Source of the DNA: Antedon mediterranea
Taxonomy: Eukaryota > Animalia > Echinodermata
Direction: 5' to 3'
Assembly: GCF_964355755.1 (NCBI RefSeq)
Contig: NC_092676.1
Location: forward strand, 24,322,871-24,386,870
Length of the DNA stretch: 64,000 nt
Shown: in pieces, positions 39,501 to 58,279 of the stretch
How the letters are laid out: every line of letters begins with the position of its first letter
Position numbering within the stretch: the stretch's first letter is position 1
Program-made: the position numbers and the translations under genes
The notes under the pieces: generated by a model
Databases searched by the model: none
Told to the model about the DNA's origin: nothing
Seen by the model: only the letters and a program-made list of their open reading frames with translations

Positions 39501-40044
39501 AGAGTCAATGCTAGAAAATAAAACAGTTATGCAAGTTTGTAGAAACTGTAATATAGTTATTAGTTGTAATACTAGTAGAAGACCTCATAAGTAAGATACA
39601 CCCAACCATACACACAGTCACACTATAATACTTTAATAGTGCCGTGGTGCTGAACATAATAAATAATTAAAAATATAAAAAACTTGGGAAGCATTATGCA
39701 GTTTTGGATTAGTTTACTAGTGATATAGAACTGTGCTGAAAATCAGTTATATTTGAGTCAGGTTGGGTTAGGCCAATTAAGCCAGGCTTATTCCGAACGT
39801 TCCCTGGCTGATGGATACCACTAGCTAGGCCTACATCCCGGTCCGTCCCGCCTGACTGCTGAAAGACTATAGTCTTAGCTAGGCTAGTAGCCTAGAGGCT
39901 AGGCTTACCTTGCAAAACTTCCCCATTGTTTTCTGAACGTAACTGCTTCTTAAATTGATGAGCAGTAAATGATTGAATATTTTTCTTAATTTTTGTATCC
40001 TGTGCAATAACTGAGGAACCATCATTTTGTCTTTTTCTCTTCAT
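24515..40044 (-). CDS. URB1: URB1/NPA1 nucleolar pre-ribosomal-associated protein 1, about 29 coding exons visible; 3' end unresolved
   Basis: GT-AG exons include 39909-40044, 39365-39510, 38731-39018, 38226-38322, 37774-37976, about 36745-36940, about 31168-31933, about 28925-29100, about 25936-26153, about 25427-25573, about 24954-25063 and 24515-24669. They translate to URB1-like motifs: DIIQAYLKISGECAEIIQLLDG, DVRVCYIRFMLSLL, SHFAVFLGAYGAT, SLGRSLWTQPS, ERAWLLQLMIDGLRD, HSLLSWI. An alternative in-frame ATG lies at 40101. Confidence 0.9.
25304..25402. mobile_element. MITE family A copy (partial)
   Basis: Ends with aaactagtttgatagtgtagacagagctt, the same terminus as the copy at 37016-37179. 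Confidence 0.75.
26846..28135 (+). mobile_element. Non-autonomous Helitron of about 1.3 kb in a URB1 intron
   Basis: 5' TC and 3' CTAG termini, inserted between A and T with no TSD. GC-rich terminal hairpin ctagatggtacgc...gcgtgccatctag (28099-28135). The 5' end recurs at 63890. Confidence 0.85.
28164..28310. mobile_element. MITE family A copy (degenerate)
   Basis: ctctgcctacactatcaaactttatg...gacatgatgatatc, matching family A. Confidence 0.65.
29693..29774. repeat. Perfect 41-bp tandem duplication (intronic)
   Basis: agcaatgcttgttttaatggctacccttatacatataaaac occurs twice. Confidence 0.9.
30997..31131. mobile_element. MITE family B partial copy
   Basis: Matches the right half of 32695-33027 and ends ggggacaatacatct|ttaa. 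Confidence 0.75.
32695..33027. mobile_element. MITE family B (Kolobok-like, TTAA target site)
   Basis: TTAA|AGATGTATTGTCCCC...GGGGACAATACATCT|TTAA. An inverted copy lies at 56497-56839. Confidence 0.85.
34330..34458. mobile_element. MITE family A copy
   Basis: acactatcaaattt...aaactagtttgatagtgtagacaaagct. Confidence 0.75.
35204..35351. repeat. 22-bp minisatellite, about 6.5 copies
   Basis: Repeated unit (c/a)aaatataagtggtcagttgtt. Confidence 0.85.
35929..36062. mobile_element. MITE family A copy
   Basis: ctatcaaactttatgtgatgtgcccatatatggacatg...tttgatagtgtagatagagctt. Confidence 0.75.
37016..37179. mobile_element. MITE family A, most complete copy (Kolobok-like AG...CT ends)
   Basis: TIRs aagctctgtccacactatcaaa and tttgatagtgtagacagagctt; about 10 copies in the window. 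Confidence 0.85.
38020..38130. mobile_element. MITE family A copy (partial)
   Basis: ctctgtctacacta...tttgacaaaaaa...atatgggcacatcac. Confidence 0.7.
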
Positions 40045-41198
40045 TTTTGTGAAAGCACAATCTTCTTCGTACACAACATGTGTGTTTTTGTCAAAGGTCA
40101 TTTAAAATACATATTGGTTAAAAGAGGGCGCTAGACTTTAATTTCTGTAACTTATATTGTACTTACAGCCAATGACATTCGTAGTTAGGGTGGCCTACTA
40201 ATAAATAAAAAACAAAAACGCTTCTTACTGACAATATTAAATGTTATTTTAAGCGTAGGCAACATTTTTGCCTTAGCTTTTTCAAACATAAAAAAAGTTT
40301 AAATTGCTGAAGCAGACAAAATCTTGCCTTAAAGATCTACTGATACTTACATTCAATCTTTTTAGGCCTACTAAAAGTTAAGGAGGAGTACCCAAATTAT
40401 GCTTATCATGGTTTTTAATTGTGTCCCATGATTTATAGGCTACGTACCACCACAAAAAAATTTAAATGTTAAATTTTAATTTCACTTTAGCCTTTCAGCT
40501 ATGTTAGGACGGTAATGTTTTGCGAAAAAAGTTGTTTTCACAGGTCATCATGGGAACCTGCTAGTCATAAGTCAGTATTACTCAACAATAAGAAGGATGA
40601 CCGACGTACATGTCATGTGATCAATATCAGTAGGAAATCTTATTTTAATACAGGCGATATTGTTTAGAGTCGAGAGATGCACCCAACCTAACCCAGGTCC
40701 ATATGTCTGTATCATTAATGTTATCGCCTTCACAATCACAGTCTTTTATAGATGTATAGGGCCTACCAGCCTGGGCCTACGTGCTGTACAGTAGTATGAT
40801 ATATAATAGTATTGCAACGTATATTTCTTGGATCTGTTGTCGTAACATAAATGTTTTTCAGTCTTTTATAGATTAGAGTATACTCTGCAGGTTTAAATGG
40901 CAAAAAAATCGAGGTATAGCTTTTATAGTCAATCGTCAACAGTATGTACGTAACTAGACGTGACAACAATAACAGAAGCAAATAAATGCATTTTTAAAAT
41001 ATAAAATTTATTTTTTTTCAGCAAACATGTATTATACAAACGATACATGAAGCATGTATGGGACGGATATTGTAAAACATAGATATAAAAATACTGTAGC
41101 ATTTAGTACGGTTTAATTTTAATGTTCATAATATGAAAGATTGTCTGATTTATGTGTAGGTCTAAATATACGTGTCAATTCATGATCTGAATCGATGT

Positions 41199-43693
<2,495 letters not shown>

Positions 43694-43826
43694 TTTAGTG
43701 TTGAAAGTTGAAGAATTTGATCTGAAAAATTCGGGAGAATTGACGAATTAATTCGTGGTCTTCGAGCACCGGTACTAACGGTCGGTAGGTGAAGAACTGA
43801 ATGTGTGAAAGCGGTAAAGGTAAACG

Positions 43827-43939
43827 TTTATATAAACAGTGATTCAGAGCTGTCGACCAATCAGAAACAAGCGTTGCTATAAGTTCTTGTTCAAATATAA
43901 GTAAACATTTCTCGAAAACTTACGACGGTAGCTAGGCAC
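43827..43939 (-). promoter_or_regulatory. Alpha-tubulin 1 core promoter (TATA, CCAAT, X-box-like)
   Basis: TATATAAA on the minus strand at 43827-43834, CCAAT at 43857 and GTAGCTAGGCAC at 43928-43939. Confidence 0.55.
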
Positions 43940-45373
43940 CCATGTCTAATTTCCCTTTCACATAGAGCTGTAAGACGGTAATATGATATTGTAATTGGAA
44001 GGGAGATTTGTTTGAGAAGCCTGTCTGACTGCAACTTTATTTCAAGGGTGCAGTCAGTAGGGCCTAATACAAAATTTTTTCAAAGTCTGATTTTATTAAC
44101 CTAAATGTTTAATGTTTTTGGGTGAACAATACATCTTTAGGCTAACCATAGATGTCTGCTCAAGTATAAAAATCAATTTTGGGACAGGGATCATAATTAA
44201 TTGGAGGCCTACATCCGGGTCCTTCCAATTAGACTCTGACTCTTTCTCCAGCAAGGGATTTATTACTACGTGGGGTATAAAGAAAATATCATTATGGTCG
44301 TTAAAAAGTACGGGGTAGAAAGACCCAACAATAACGGTATTCATCACATTGTACAATACCAGGGGTATATAGGCCATAGACCGTTAAAAATATGAGGCGT
44401 CAAAATACCTCACAGTCTGGTGTAACGTGCCTCACACTGATCCTTCAATGGACACTGATCAATGCATTATTCAAAATAAGCAGGGAGAAAAAGAACGCTA
44501 GGAAAATAAGTGTTCTGGAATAGGCCTAGACATGTTTTAAACCAGGACCGCTATCTTATTGGTCGAGATTTCCTGGCGTTGTTAATTTTCTTTCCCTTAA
44601 AAGAGTGTGTATATTCAGTAAGGGTACTTTTATTCTAATATTTCAAATGAACAGTTAGGTCTATATAACACGTTCTATTTTGAGTCTTGGCAAATTATAT
44701 CCAGAATACATTCAAATCGCTTACGTAAAACCCGTATCCTTTTTTACTAGACATATATCAATAATTGCCAGTACACATTAAATGTGTACTGTGACGCTTG
44801 TTAAATTTCTTATTGGAATAACATAATCGCTTCAGGCAAGTCTTTTATATACAATTGAATTACCTTATCCTTGTTTAAATTGGATTGTACTACCGAACTA
44901 TAGACATCTAAAATAATTAACATTTCGTTTTATTATGTAACTTAAAGGAAATAACCGATCAAAATAAACGTACTGACGTAAATTGTTCAACTGTATTACT
45001 TCTCGTTAACAGTGTTAAAGTTCAATTTTAGTTCAGACTAAGTTTGTGTGTGTTGTGATTTATCTATTAGCAGATCCTTCAGGAAAGATGCATTTTATAA
45101 ATGAAATATGTTAACATTCTTATAAGCAAAGTCAGCCATATAGACTTGGACTTACTGTTTACCTCCGAGTGGGAAGTTTTTTTTATATAAAAAAGGCCCA
45201 TGTTAAAATATGGCATGATAAACCTCAGAAATGTAAGTGGCAAGGTACAAAATATAATAGTATATGATATATTAATTATGAACAAAATAAAATAATTGAA
45301 TTTCTTAATTGAAATTTAAAAAAAAAGGGTAAAGCTTGTTGTTTTTTTTTTTATTGTTTGAGCTTTTCATTTG

Positions 45374-45868
45374 GTTTATTTTGTATCTCCATTATCAGTC
45401 ATTTTCCAGTAATTTGCCTTTATTGTTTATTTATATATTATAATATACGCTCGAGTGACAAATACAATGAAACTTCTTCTTTTTAACAAATATGTGTGTC
45501 GTGATTTTTGTATTTTTGTTATTTGTATTAAAAATATTTAAATAGGCCTAAGGTTGTTAATTTTAGAATAGAAAGAATAGAAAAAAAAAACAATAGATAT
45601 ATAGAAAGACGTAATCATTAAAAAAAAATAAACAGCTTTAAACTTTATTTTGTTTATTTTGTATCTCCATTATCAGCCATTTTCCAGTAATTTACCTTTA
45701 TTTTAATATTAAAAATTATTTATTTGTTATAATATACACGCGCGCGACGAATGCAATGAAACACATTGTCTTCTTTTTAACAAATGTGTGCCGTGATTTT
45801 TTAAATTTCTATTGTAAATATTCAAATAAAGTTGTTAATTTTTAGAATAGAAAGAATAGAAGAAAAAA

Positions 45869-45926
<58 letters not shown>

Positions 45927-45945
45927 GGACGTAATAATTTTTTCT
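45374..45945. repeat. Imperfect tandem duplication of about 278 bp, ending in a (TA)n microsatellite
   Basis: gtttattttgtatctccattatcag... at about 45374 and 45652; (AT)n at 45873-45923. Confidence 0.85.
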
Positions 45946-46164
45946 AAAAAATAAACAAAATACTGTTACAAATAAGGTAATTACCAATCTTTGGAAGCAT
46001 TGGAAAGTTCAGTATCACTGTTGACGACGACAACCTAAAAAAGAAAAACACAATTATTATTGTACAAAGTGTAGTGTAACCAATTACTGATGGCGGTTAA
46101 ATTCAATTTAGACCATATCAATCACATTTATTCTTAGAGAGTTTGCTCTTAGTCAATGTATGCA

Positions 46165-46384
46165 TGACGTCATCATTTTGATGGCGTTGTTGTTTTTTCT
46201 CCTCCTCCTCCTGGTGGTTCTGATGACAAAAGTGTAATCTCTTTCATTTACAAATCACGATTTTCTCCGATTACAACATTCTTTGTTTCTGTGTGTGATG
46301 CGAACAACGAAATACACATTCAGCAACTTTTCAGATAGCAACTTGAAAACTACGGTACATTCCTGCTTCAACAGATAGAGATAG
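46165..46384 (+). promoter_or_regulatory. Putative promoter (CRE) and non-coding first exon of the neuropeptide gene
   Basis: Perfect CRE TGACGTCA at 46165-46172 and a strong donor ATAG|GTGAGT at 46384/46385. It can pair with the acceptor tttcag| at 49089. Confidence 0.5.
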
Positions 46385-48959
46385 GTGAGTTTTTTTTGTT
46401 AAAATTGTATAACTAACTTCATTTTAATTCTTCTAAATAAATGTTCGTCACAGCTAAATAGTTTTATTAACATTATTCTTATTTCTATATTCAGATTCAA
46501 TAATATGGTATATCAACTGTAGAATCATTAATTTAAAAATAATTAGTTTTATCAATCCTTATAATTCCTTTTCAATTACTTTCCGACATTACAACTAGAC
46601 TAAAGAAACAAAAACTCACAAATTAAAATACTTATTTGAGCTAAAGAAAATTCAGATTTATACAACAAATCAAATAAATGGATTTTTTCAACATAATGTT
46701 TAATAGTGCGTACTATTGTGAATTTATTTAGATGTTATATAATATATGATTTCAAATACATTATTTTGAGAAGAAATTATACATAATAATGTATTTTACA
46801 TGAATTGGAGCTTTTGTAAAACTTGTCCAGTTCATCATCATCGTATCACATATAAACAACAATGTATGTGTGTATAGGAACGGACAAATAGAACGTTATT
46901 GTACGCCGAGATTAATGTTTTCATGTTGACGATCTTATAAAGTGGATTGTTGTCTATTAATACGTGGAGACACGACAAATGAAAATTAATACTCTAGGTT
47001 TTTATTGTTGAGCTCCTAAATCTTAAAAGATTTGAGATAATATTGTGATGTTTTTGTGACATTTGTAAAACATAATTGTCACTTTCTTTCAATTATGTTT
47101 TAAAAAACAATTACACATTGATGGTAAAATGTAAAATGTTCGCTAGTTTCTTTCTCTATAAATTATAGGGGTTCTAGGAAATAGAATTAGGAAAAAAAAA
47201 CAAGAAAACAGTATATTTTATAAGATTGATATTATAAGTTTTAATATTGATATCTGGTTCAATTTGAATAGTGTTTTTATTTTCGCTCTACGTAAGAAAA
47301 ATAATGTGCGCTGCAAGTTTTATTATATATTTATTTCACACGGTATACCGCTATATTAACAGGACACTGAGCTCGCCTTACCAAGATAGGAACTTGTAAC
47401 AGTCCTTTGATCTTATGTATGGTTGCGAGAAATACCAACAGTACTGTACTACATATTCTCCGCGACGCGCGGTGCCTATTTTAAGGGGCGTGGAACTGAT
47501 CGTGTCGCATCCACAGATAAACACTTTGATATTCGGAGCTCTGCATCCTGTTGTTAAGATTGCCTTGGTATAATTAGTATACGTTATTGTTTTTACAATG
47601 ACTATAGGACCTGCACATTTTATTGAAGCGGAGGGAAGGGAACCAACAAAATGTACTTTTTGCTTTCGTAACAAGCACGCGAGAAAGTCAACGCAACCTG
47701 GTTGTTCACTACACATCTGCGCAAACGTGACGCAATTAAAACAAAAAATTGATTAAGGCGACTATATAACTTGTGTAGGCGTGTGGGGTAAATGTGCCGC
47801 AACAAAGCAAAACATTGTTACAACTTTTTATGTAAAATTTACTTTATTCCAAAAATAAGTACTGTTTTCTGTTGTCTAAATCCACGCCACCGTCAAGTAA
47901 TGAATGGTCCAAGGAGATTGCCTCGAATGGACAATCAAATTCACGTTTCCGTCTCCGTAAATCTGAACGTGTACTTAGTTGAACGTACGTGAGGATTCAC
48001 ACGAGCAATTCAATTAAGAATTTGATTCCTTATGTTTCAAAACATCTTAGAACGTTCACACTGCTAATGATGATAGCCCTCTAAGGACTTAGCGGATCAC
48101 GCCAACAAATTTGTTTGTTTCAATGTTACTCAATTTCTCCCGCTTTTATTTTGTTTCACGTGACCTGATAATGGGCGTTAGCATACGTCATCAATATTAT
48201 TGTTCGCATAATTGCTGCGTCAACGTTTTTTCACATTAGAAAAATAAAATAGAAATTGAATTGAATTTTTTTTTCTTTGTATGATTCAGTTTGTGGAGGT
48301 CATTCGCGTTTCACTCTACCGTGATTTCACTTGTCACCATGACATCGAACTTATAATATAAAGTTTTAACCTTTTACGAAAAAGTATAAAAGTTTAGGCT
48401 CTATGTCCCGGCATTTTTGGGTCATTTCTGGGTCACAATTTTGGGTCGATAATGATATTATGAATTAAGAGACACTTACTATATAACTTTAAAATAAAAT
48501 TTAATGACAAAAAAGATCGACGTTTCGGAACCATCATTCTGAAGAACAAATGAGTAAAATTAATAAAAAGAAATAAGACATTTTTTTGATTGAATTATAA
48601 TTAATTTACCATTTTTAGGATAAGCACTTTTTAATTCACAGTTGATGACGGATCGGATTGTTTTTTCTAATATTCTAATATTCATTTGAAGTGAAAAAAC
48701 TATGCGTTTACAAATCCGAGCCATCAATAACACTGATACAATGATTGTTCATCTCTCTATAATTTAAATCCAAAAATATATCAAGCAATTATATCTGTCA
48801 CGTTGTTATTTTGTGTAGTTTTATATTCCTTGGCCGCCGGGTGTCTCGGAGTACCAGTAATCTTTAGTTATTTAGTTTGACTGCAGTTTATGATTTATCA
48901 CGACACAAAACCACGTCAATGCTGACACTTCTGCAGAAGTAAAAAAAAAAGGATTTAGT

Positions 48960-49056
48960 TGATATACATATATGGTAGTGATACGGCATCATCATGTCAA
49001 AATATCGCTATATCACATTTTTGTCACATAAAGTTTGACAGTGTATAGATAGATTT
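48960..49056. mobile_element. MITE family A copy (partial)
   Basis: atatggtagtgata...ttttgtcacataaagtttgacagtgtatagatag. Confidence 0.65.
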
Positions 49057-49100
49057 TAACAGTACACAACATTATGTTTTACATTTCAGATTGATCTAAC

Positions 49101-49403
49101 ATGAAGAATAGACTGCCAGCCATCGTGGTCTCAGCGGCGATCATTTTCATCGTTGCCATAAGCATTTCTGTAACACAAACCAATGCGTCGAGACCACTCG
49201 GCCAATACCGATTTCTAGAAGATGACTATCAGTTACAGAGTGAAGTCGAGCCATTGATGGTCTTAAGGATAAAGCAATTACTGGAGGAAAACATCATGAG
49301 AATGAAAAAGGGCTCTCGGCCTAGGCCAACATGCGCACCAGGAAACGTGAGAAGCTGTCATACGGATTGGTGGAAAAGATCAGGCCCAGTTCGCTATCGA
49401 TGA
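49101..49403 (+). CDS. Secreted neuropeptide precursor (100 aa), somatostatin-2-like with an altered cysteine pattern
   Basis: Signal peptide with an h-region IVVSAAIIFIVAISI and probable cleavage near TNA|S, an acidic pro-region, dibasic KK, then the C-terminal peptide GSRPRPTCAPGNVRSCHTDWWKRSGPVRYR. An acceptor lies 11 nt before the ATG, with AATAAA at about 49440 and 49464. Confidence 0.85.
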   Translation: MKNRLPAIVVSAAIIFIVAISISVTQTNASRPLGQYRFLEDDYQLQSEVEPLMVLRIKQLLEENIMRMKKGSRPRPTCAPGNVRSCHTDWWKRSGPVRYR

Positions 49404-50532
49404 AATGCGACGAGTTGGGGACGAGTTTTAAAAATTCATAATAAATCAGCTGTTTTTCTTTTTAATAAATCAAAAGTACTTTTGAACAATATTAATTATG
49501 TATGTGTCATTTATGAACTCTAGGGGCTGACAGAGTGTTGATAAGAAATTGACTCGAGCTCCAGGCCAGACAATGTCAAGCGCACCAGTCACAACTGTCA
49601 TGGGATGTTGGGGGAAATTCGTTGGTAGAATAGCAAGTTCCAATAACAAAGTGTCATTTCAAATCAAAACGCTGTTGGCTGTTTGATAATATGTATGTAA
49701 TAGACAAAAAAAAAACTTATTGACAGTTTTAAGGAATGTATAGGGGGGAAATTCAATTTGACATTTTTCTGGGTAATTGTAGGATTGTAAAATGTTAACT
49801 GATAGAATAAAAAAAATCAAGACACAACCCTAATCAAAATTTGTAAGTTGTCTTTGGTCACAAAGAATGTCTTCAAATACACTGTATATTTGGAATCAAT
49901 TATGAACACAAAGGCTAAAAAAATAACGAAAAAACAACTGATAGTTATAGTTGTAATTAATAAATAATATACAAAACGTTGTGATAAATATTGTCTTATA
50001 TTTCGTTCTAGTTTGGTTACGTATTTTACCATCACCTATTTTGCCAAAGCATAACGCCCTCAATCTTGCCAAGATTTCTGTGAACTTTGCCATGATCATG
50101 CTCACCAACTCTAAAAATAATTCAACACCAAAATGGCATATATACACACAATATGGTTTCTAATTATAATACTAACCAACTTATTCAATTAAAATATTTT
50201 TGAAATAAAGTCAGAGATATCGATTTTCAAAATAAATGCTTGTTAATTCAACCATTGGGGAACGATACTTTCTTCATGACTTCACTTAATTACAAGCGAT
50301 AACAAAACCTTATGAAGCCGTTCTTCCATGTTACCCGTAACTCGATATGTCTTTATCGATATCATTCGAGGAATATGTAAGTAATCAATTTGATAAACTC
50401 ATATAAAAGGAGTGTTGTTGGTTACTGAGACACATTCGACTCCATCCCTATCTTCAAGTAGGACGCTCAGAGTGAGAAGGCTCTTTCTTATTATTTTTGT
50501 TTGTGACTTAGAATTAGGAAGCCGAAGTTATC

Positions 50533-52315
<1,783 letters not shown>

Positions 52316-52724
52316 ATATATTTAAAAATCTCGATAATCAATTAAAGTAGTATATAAAGTCATATTCTACCGATAAACGGATACATTGTGTTCACCTCAT
52401 TGTAACATTTGAATAATAAAAGCAAATCAACTCGTAAGAATAATTAAAATTGACACAATTTTCAAAATTTACTACTTGTGTTTTTTTTTTATTTTCTCAA
52501 TTATATTACTTAAGAATTTGTCGATGATATTGGGTTAAAACAGACTGATTAAATGGGAAACAAACTGACTCCACCGCCCGACCCATACAAATTTAGACAT
52601 GAACATTCGTAGTTTGATTTATGGATTTTTAATATAGAGTTTTACACTGATGATTATCAAGGTCTTGTGGACTGGTGTAGTGACTAACGAAGCATCCGAG
52701 GTAGCCTATACGTCATGCCACGCA

Positions 52725-52824
52725 AAGCTCTGTCTACACTACCAACTAATTTTGACAAAAAAGGTAGTGATATGACGCCATCGTGTCTATGGGCATATCG
52801 CTTTTTTTTGTGTAGACAGGGCTT
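52725..52824. mobile_element. MITE family A copy (internally deleted)
   Basis: aagctctgtctacac...gtgtagacagggctt. Confidence 0.75.
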
Positions 52825-53051
52825 AAGAAAAATGCAAGTGTTAGAATTGTGTCTTTTTGAAGTGTATAGAGTTTGACACTAGGTATACTTTTTGCTTTAA
52901 ACTCACACAAGTCTAACTTTAGAGTTAGTTAAATCCAAAGGCAAATTACTGAAAAAATGACAATGTTGTGGGTATCAGTGGCTGGATCTAAATGGAGATA
53001 CAAAAAAAAAGCGAAAAGCTAAATCAAAACGATAAAATAAAACAGAAAAGT

Positions 53052-53092
53052 TAGCAGAGCTTTCGGGCAAAACTAGCCCTTCATCAGTGCAA
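53052..53092 (-). ncRNA. Minimal type-I hammerhead ribozyme motif (Penelope-like retroelement type)
   Basis: Minus strand: GCA CUGAUGA A GGGC uaguuuu GCCC GAAA GC UC|UGC. Intact core, 4-bp stem II, palindromic minimal stem III and 3-bp stem I. Confidence 0.7.
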
Positions 53093-53274
53093 GTTTAGAG
53101 TTAGTTAGAGTCGGTCGAAATACTTGTTAACTCAACCTCAAATCATGATTAAGGAATGCGTCATACATGACTTAACATAATTAAAAGCATATAACTCAAG
53201 CAAATAGAACTAAATTAGAAACACAGTAAAATGAAATCTATATTAGAACAAGAAAACAAAGTACAAACTCACGT

Positions 53275-53357
53275 AGAGCGTCCATGGTAACCATCTCAAC
53301 AACGGTGACTTATGACGTCACATGACTCACACTTTCAAGTATCCAATCATTTTCGTT
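53275..53357. promoter_or_regulatory. Conserved non-coding block upstream of tubulin 3 (paralogue at 60151-60230)
   Basis: X-box-like GCGTCCATGGTAAC, CRE TGACGTCA, AP-1 TGACTCA and CCAAT, collinear with the block upstream of tubulin 4. Confidence 0.65.
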
Positions 53358-53824
53358 TTGTATGAATATTAATTTCCACATTCACAAACCAGATCAAAAT
53401 GAAGGTCTCCCTGTTATATAAAATAAATAAATAGATAGAACACGACTATGTTGTACTTGATTGGTATACAATATTTAAATTTAACATATTGTACAATATA
53501 CGATGGTTAAATAATAATTTTATTATACCCCTTTGAGAATTAAACAGTAGGCCAATGTAGGCCTACCTACGTCATTAGGCCTACAGTGTGAGGCCTACAC
53601 GTTGGATTTTAAAAGTGAATAATATATTAGGTATCATAATTATATTTCAATTCAATTCAACATTTATTGACCAAAAATATTATATCATAACAATGGTTGG
53701 CATATAATATATATAGTCGAGAGACTACAAAGGCCCATGGGCCTGTCGCTGTAGTCCCTTTTTACATGCATTATACAAATAATAATAATACAACACTTAT
53801 ACTGTAGGCTGCTGTATGTTGGAC

Positions 53825-55128
53825 CATGGATTAAAGAATAGAAGGATATGCATCGACGTGAGATCAAGGGTTCCTTGACTCTCGCCGACAGACCGCGGAC
53901 CGCCCACAATGTTACAGTTTAATTAACCGCATGGTAACAACGAAACGGTCGCGTGCCTAATATATTGTTTACTGCACATGTGCAACGACATTTAACCTTG
54001 TTGGCTACTACGCTTCTTTCGCGCGTTCTTTGGTGGCATGATGTTTGTAGATGGTCAACTATTGACTATGTTGGTTTCTGCCGCGATTGATCTACGCTAA
54101 TGATTTTTTTATGATGATTAAAGTAGCATTTTATGACCTGTAGTAGCCCTACATCTGAGACAATAACTATTAGTTGTCTCATTTGTTGTAAAATTACAAA
54201 ATCAGCAAGAATGCTAGCCTAGCTAGGCCCAGGCCTTGTACTAACTAGGCTAAACTGGGCTAGTAAACCCTATGATTTGCCGACATTGATACTGCCTAGG
54301 TAGGCCTAGGCTAATCTTAAATACTCACCGTTGTCTTACTTCTTGTGTGAATAATAATAATAGGTAGGCCTACTTCGTTTGTTCGTGATCAAGTTTGCCC
54401 TGCGTGTACTTTTCAAAACGACCGCTAGGTAACGAATCGCAACTATACATAGCCAGCCAATCCCGGATCAGGGATCGCTGTTTTCATTCAATTAGGCCCG
54501 GTGATTGGATGTGATGTGGATGACATAACCACTAGCCAATCACCAGGCACTACAGTTTAAATATAATCACATCGATAATTAAGGAGATTTATGAAGAAAC
54601 CACTGCTTAGCCATATATTAAAAAACACGATTGTTGTATGTCTGAACACCGGCCACGCTAACAACATACATGGTCAAATGCATAATTTAATATTCTATAG
54701 ATTAACGCAATTTTTAATGACAGAAGATGGCAGGCAAATAATGATAATTCAAATATAAAAATGGCATATTTTATTAATATTACCAACTACCTAAAATTAC
54801 CAGTCGTAAGAAAGTGAACTTTTCGTAGTCCGATTGTGATGAAACTAAAACAGAATTATTCAGCAATATATGTTTGTTATCAATTAATCATCGACGCAGA
54901 CATGTCAATAGAACATTCAGACTGCGCATACGATTTCTACATGGTTACGTTTTGGTCTAAAAAAATGTAACAGTTGATTCGCAGCGTTTTACAGAGGGCC
55001 GCGGTTAGAGACACGGAGTTCAATGAACGTGTTTGTTTGATTGGCAGCAGTGCTTTAGTATAGGCAAGCGCGTTGTAAAATCGTTTGATGTCACCGTCGA
55101 TGCATATCCTTCTATTCTTTAATCCATG
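53825..55128. mobile_element. Non-autonomous TIR DNA transposon, P-element-like ends
   Basis: Perfect 34-bp TIRs CATGGATTAAAGAATAGAAGGATATGCATCGACG (53825-53858 and 55095-55128), with a 7-bp TSD GTTGGAC at 53818-53824 and 55129-55135. Confidence 0.9.
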
Positions 55129-55189
55129 GTTGGACCATGGTATTCAAGATTTAACATGTTTTATTAGTAATAGTATATGCCTATCTATA

Positions 55190-55311
55190 AAGCTCTGTTA
55201 GTACACTATCAAACTGTATGTATGAGCCCATATATGTGATATGGTGATTTCACACTACCATATAAGTATAACTAACATATTTTGGCACATCACCTAGTGT
55301 AGACAGAGCTT
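55190..55311. mobile_element. MITE family A copy
   Basis: aagctctgttagtacactatcaaact...tagtgtagacagagct|ttaa. Confidence 0.8.
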
Positions 55312-55759
55312 TAAACCTTTCATTGTGGTTCCCAAGGAACCTGCAATCTGTGCTTACAATCATTTTATATAAAACATTGTTGTTTGTATAAAATGATGTG
55401 ATTGAATTAACAAACACGAGGCGTTACTAAGAACCGACAGCATGCTTATGAATATTCATTAATACATGGATGGAGAAGAACCAATAAGATTAAATCAATA
55501 TGACGGTCGTTTATGGTTACTAATGAATATTCATTAGACGTGGAATTCGACCATAGAGATACGTTTGTGCTGTTTATTGTTTACTAATGAATATGGTGAT
55601 GTAAATAATTAATTGGAAAAATCTATGTATACTGAGGAATATCGGCAACTAAGGCACATTCAACTCCAGTTCTATCTTAAAGTAGGACGTACAGAGTTAG
55701 AAAGATTTTTTTTGCAATTGAATTTTGTTGTTGACTTTTGAAGACACTCCAAATCAATC

Positions 55760-58279
<2,520 letters not shown>

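Noticed and set aside
47378-47992. ORFs in the GC-richer part of the neuropeptide intron
   Set aside because: No recognisable domain or splice structure; more likely regulatory or TE-derived.
48515-48547. Second hammerhead-like motif (ccGAAACGTCga on the minus strand)
   Set aside because: The CUGANGA core and stem II are missing on that strand; at most a decayed relic.
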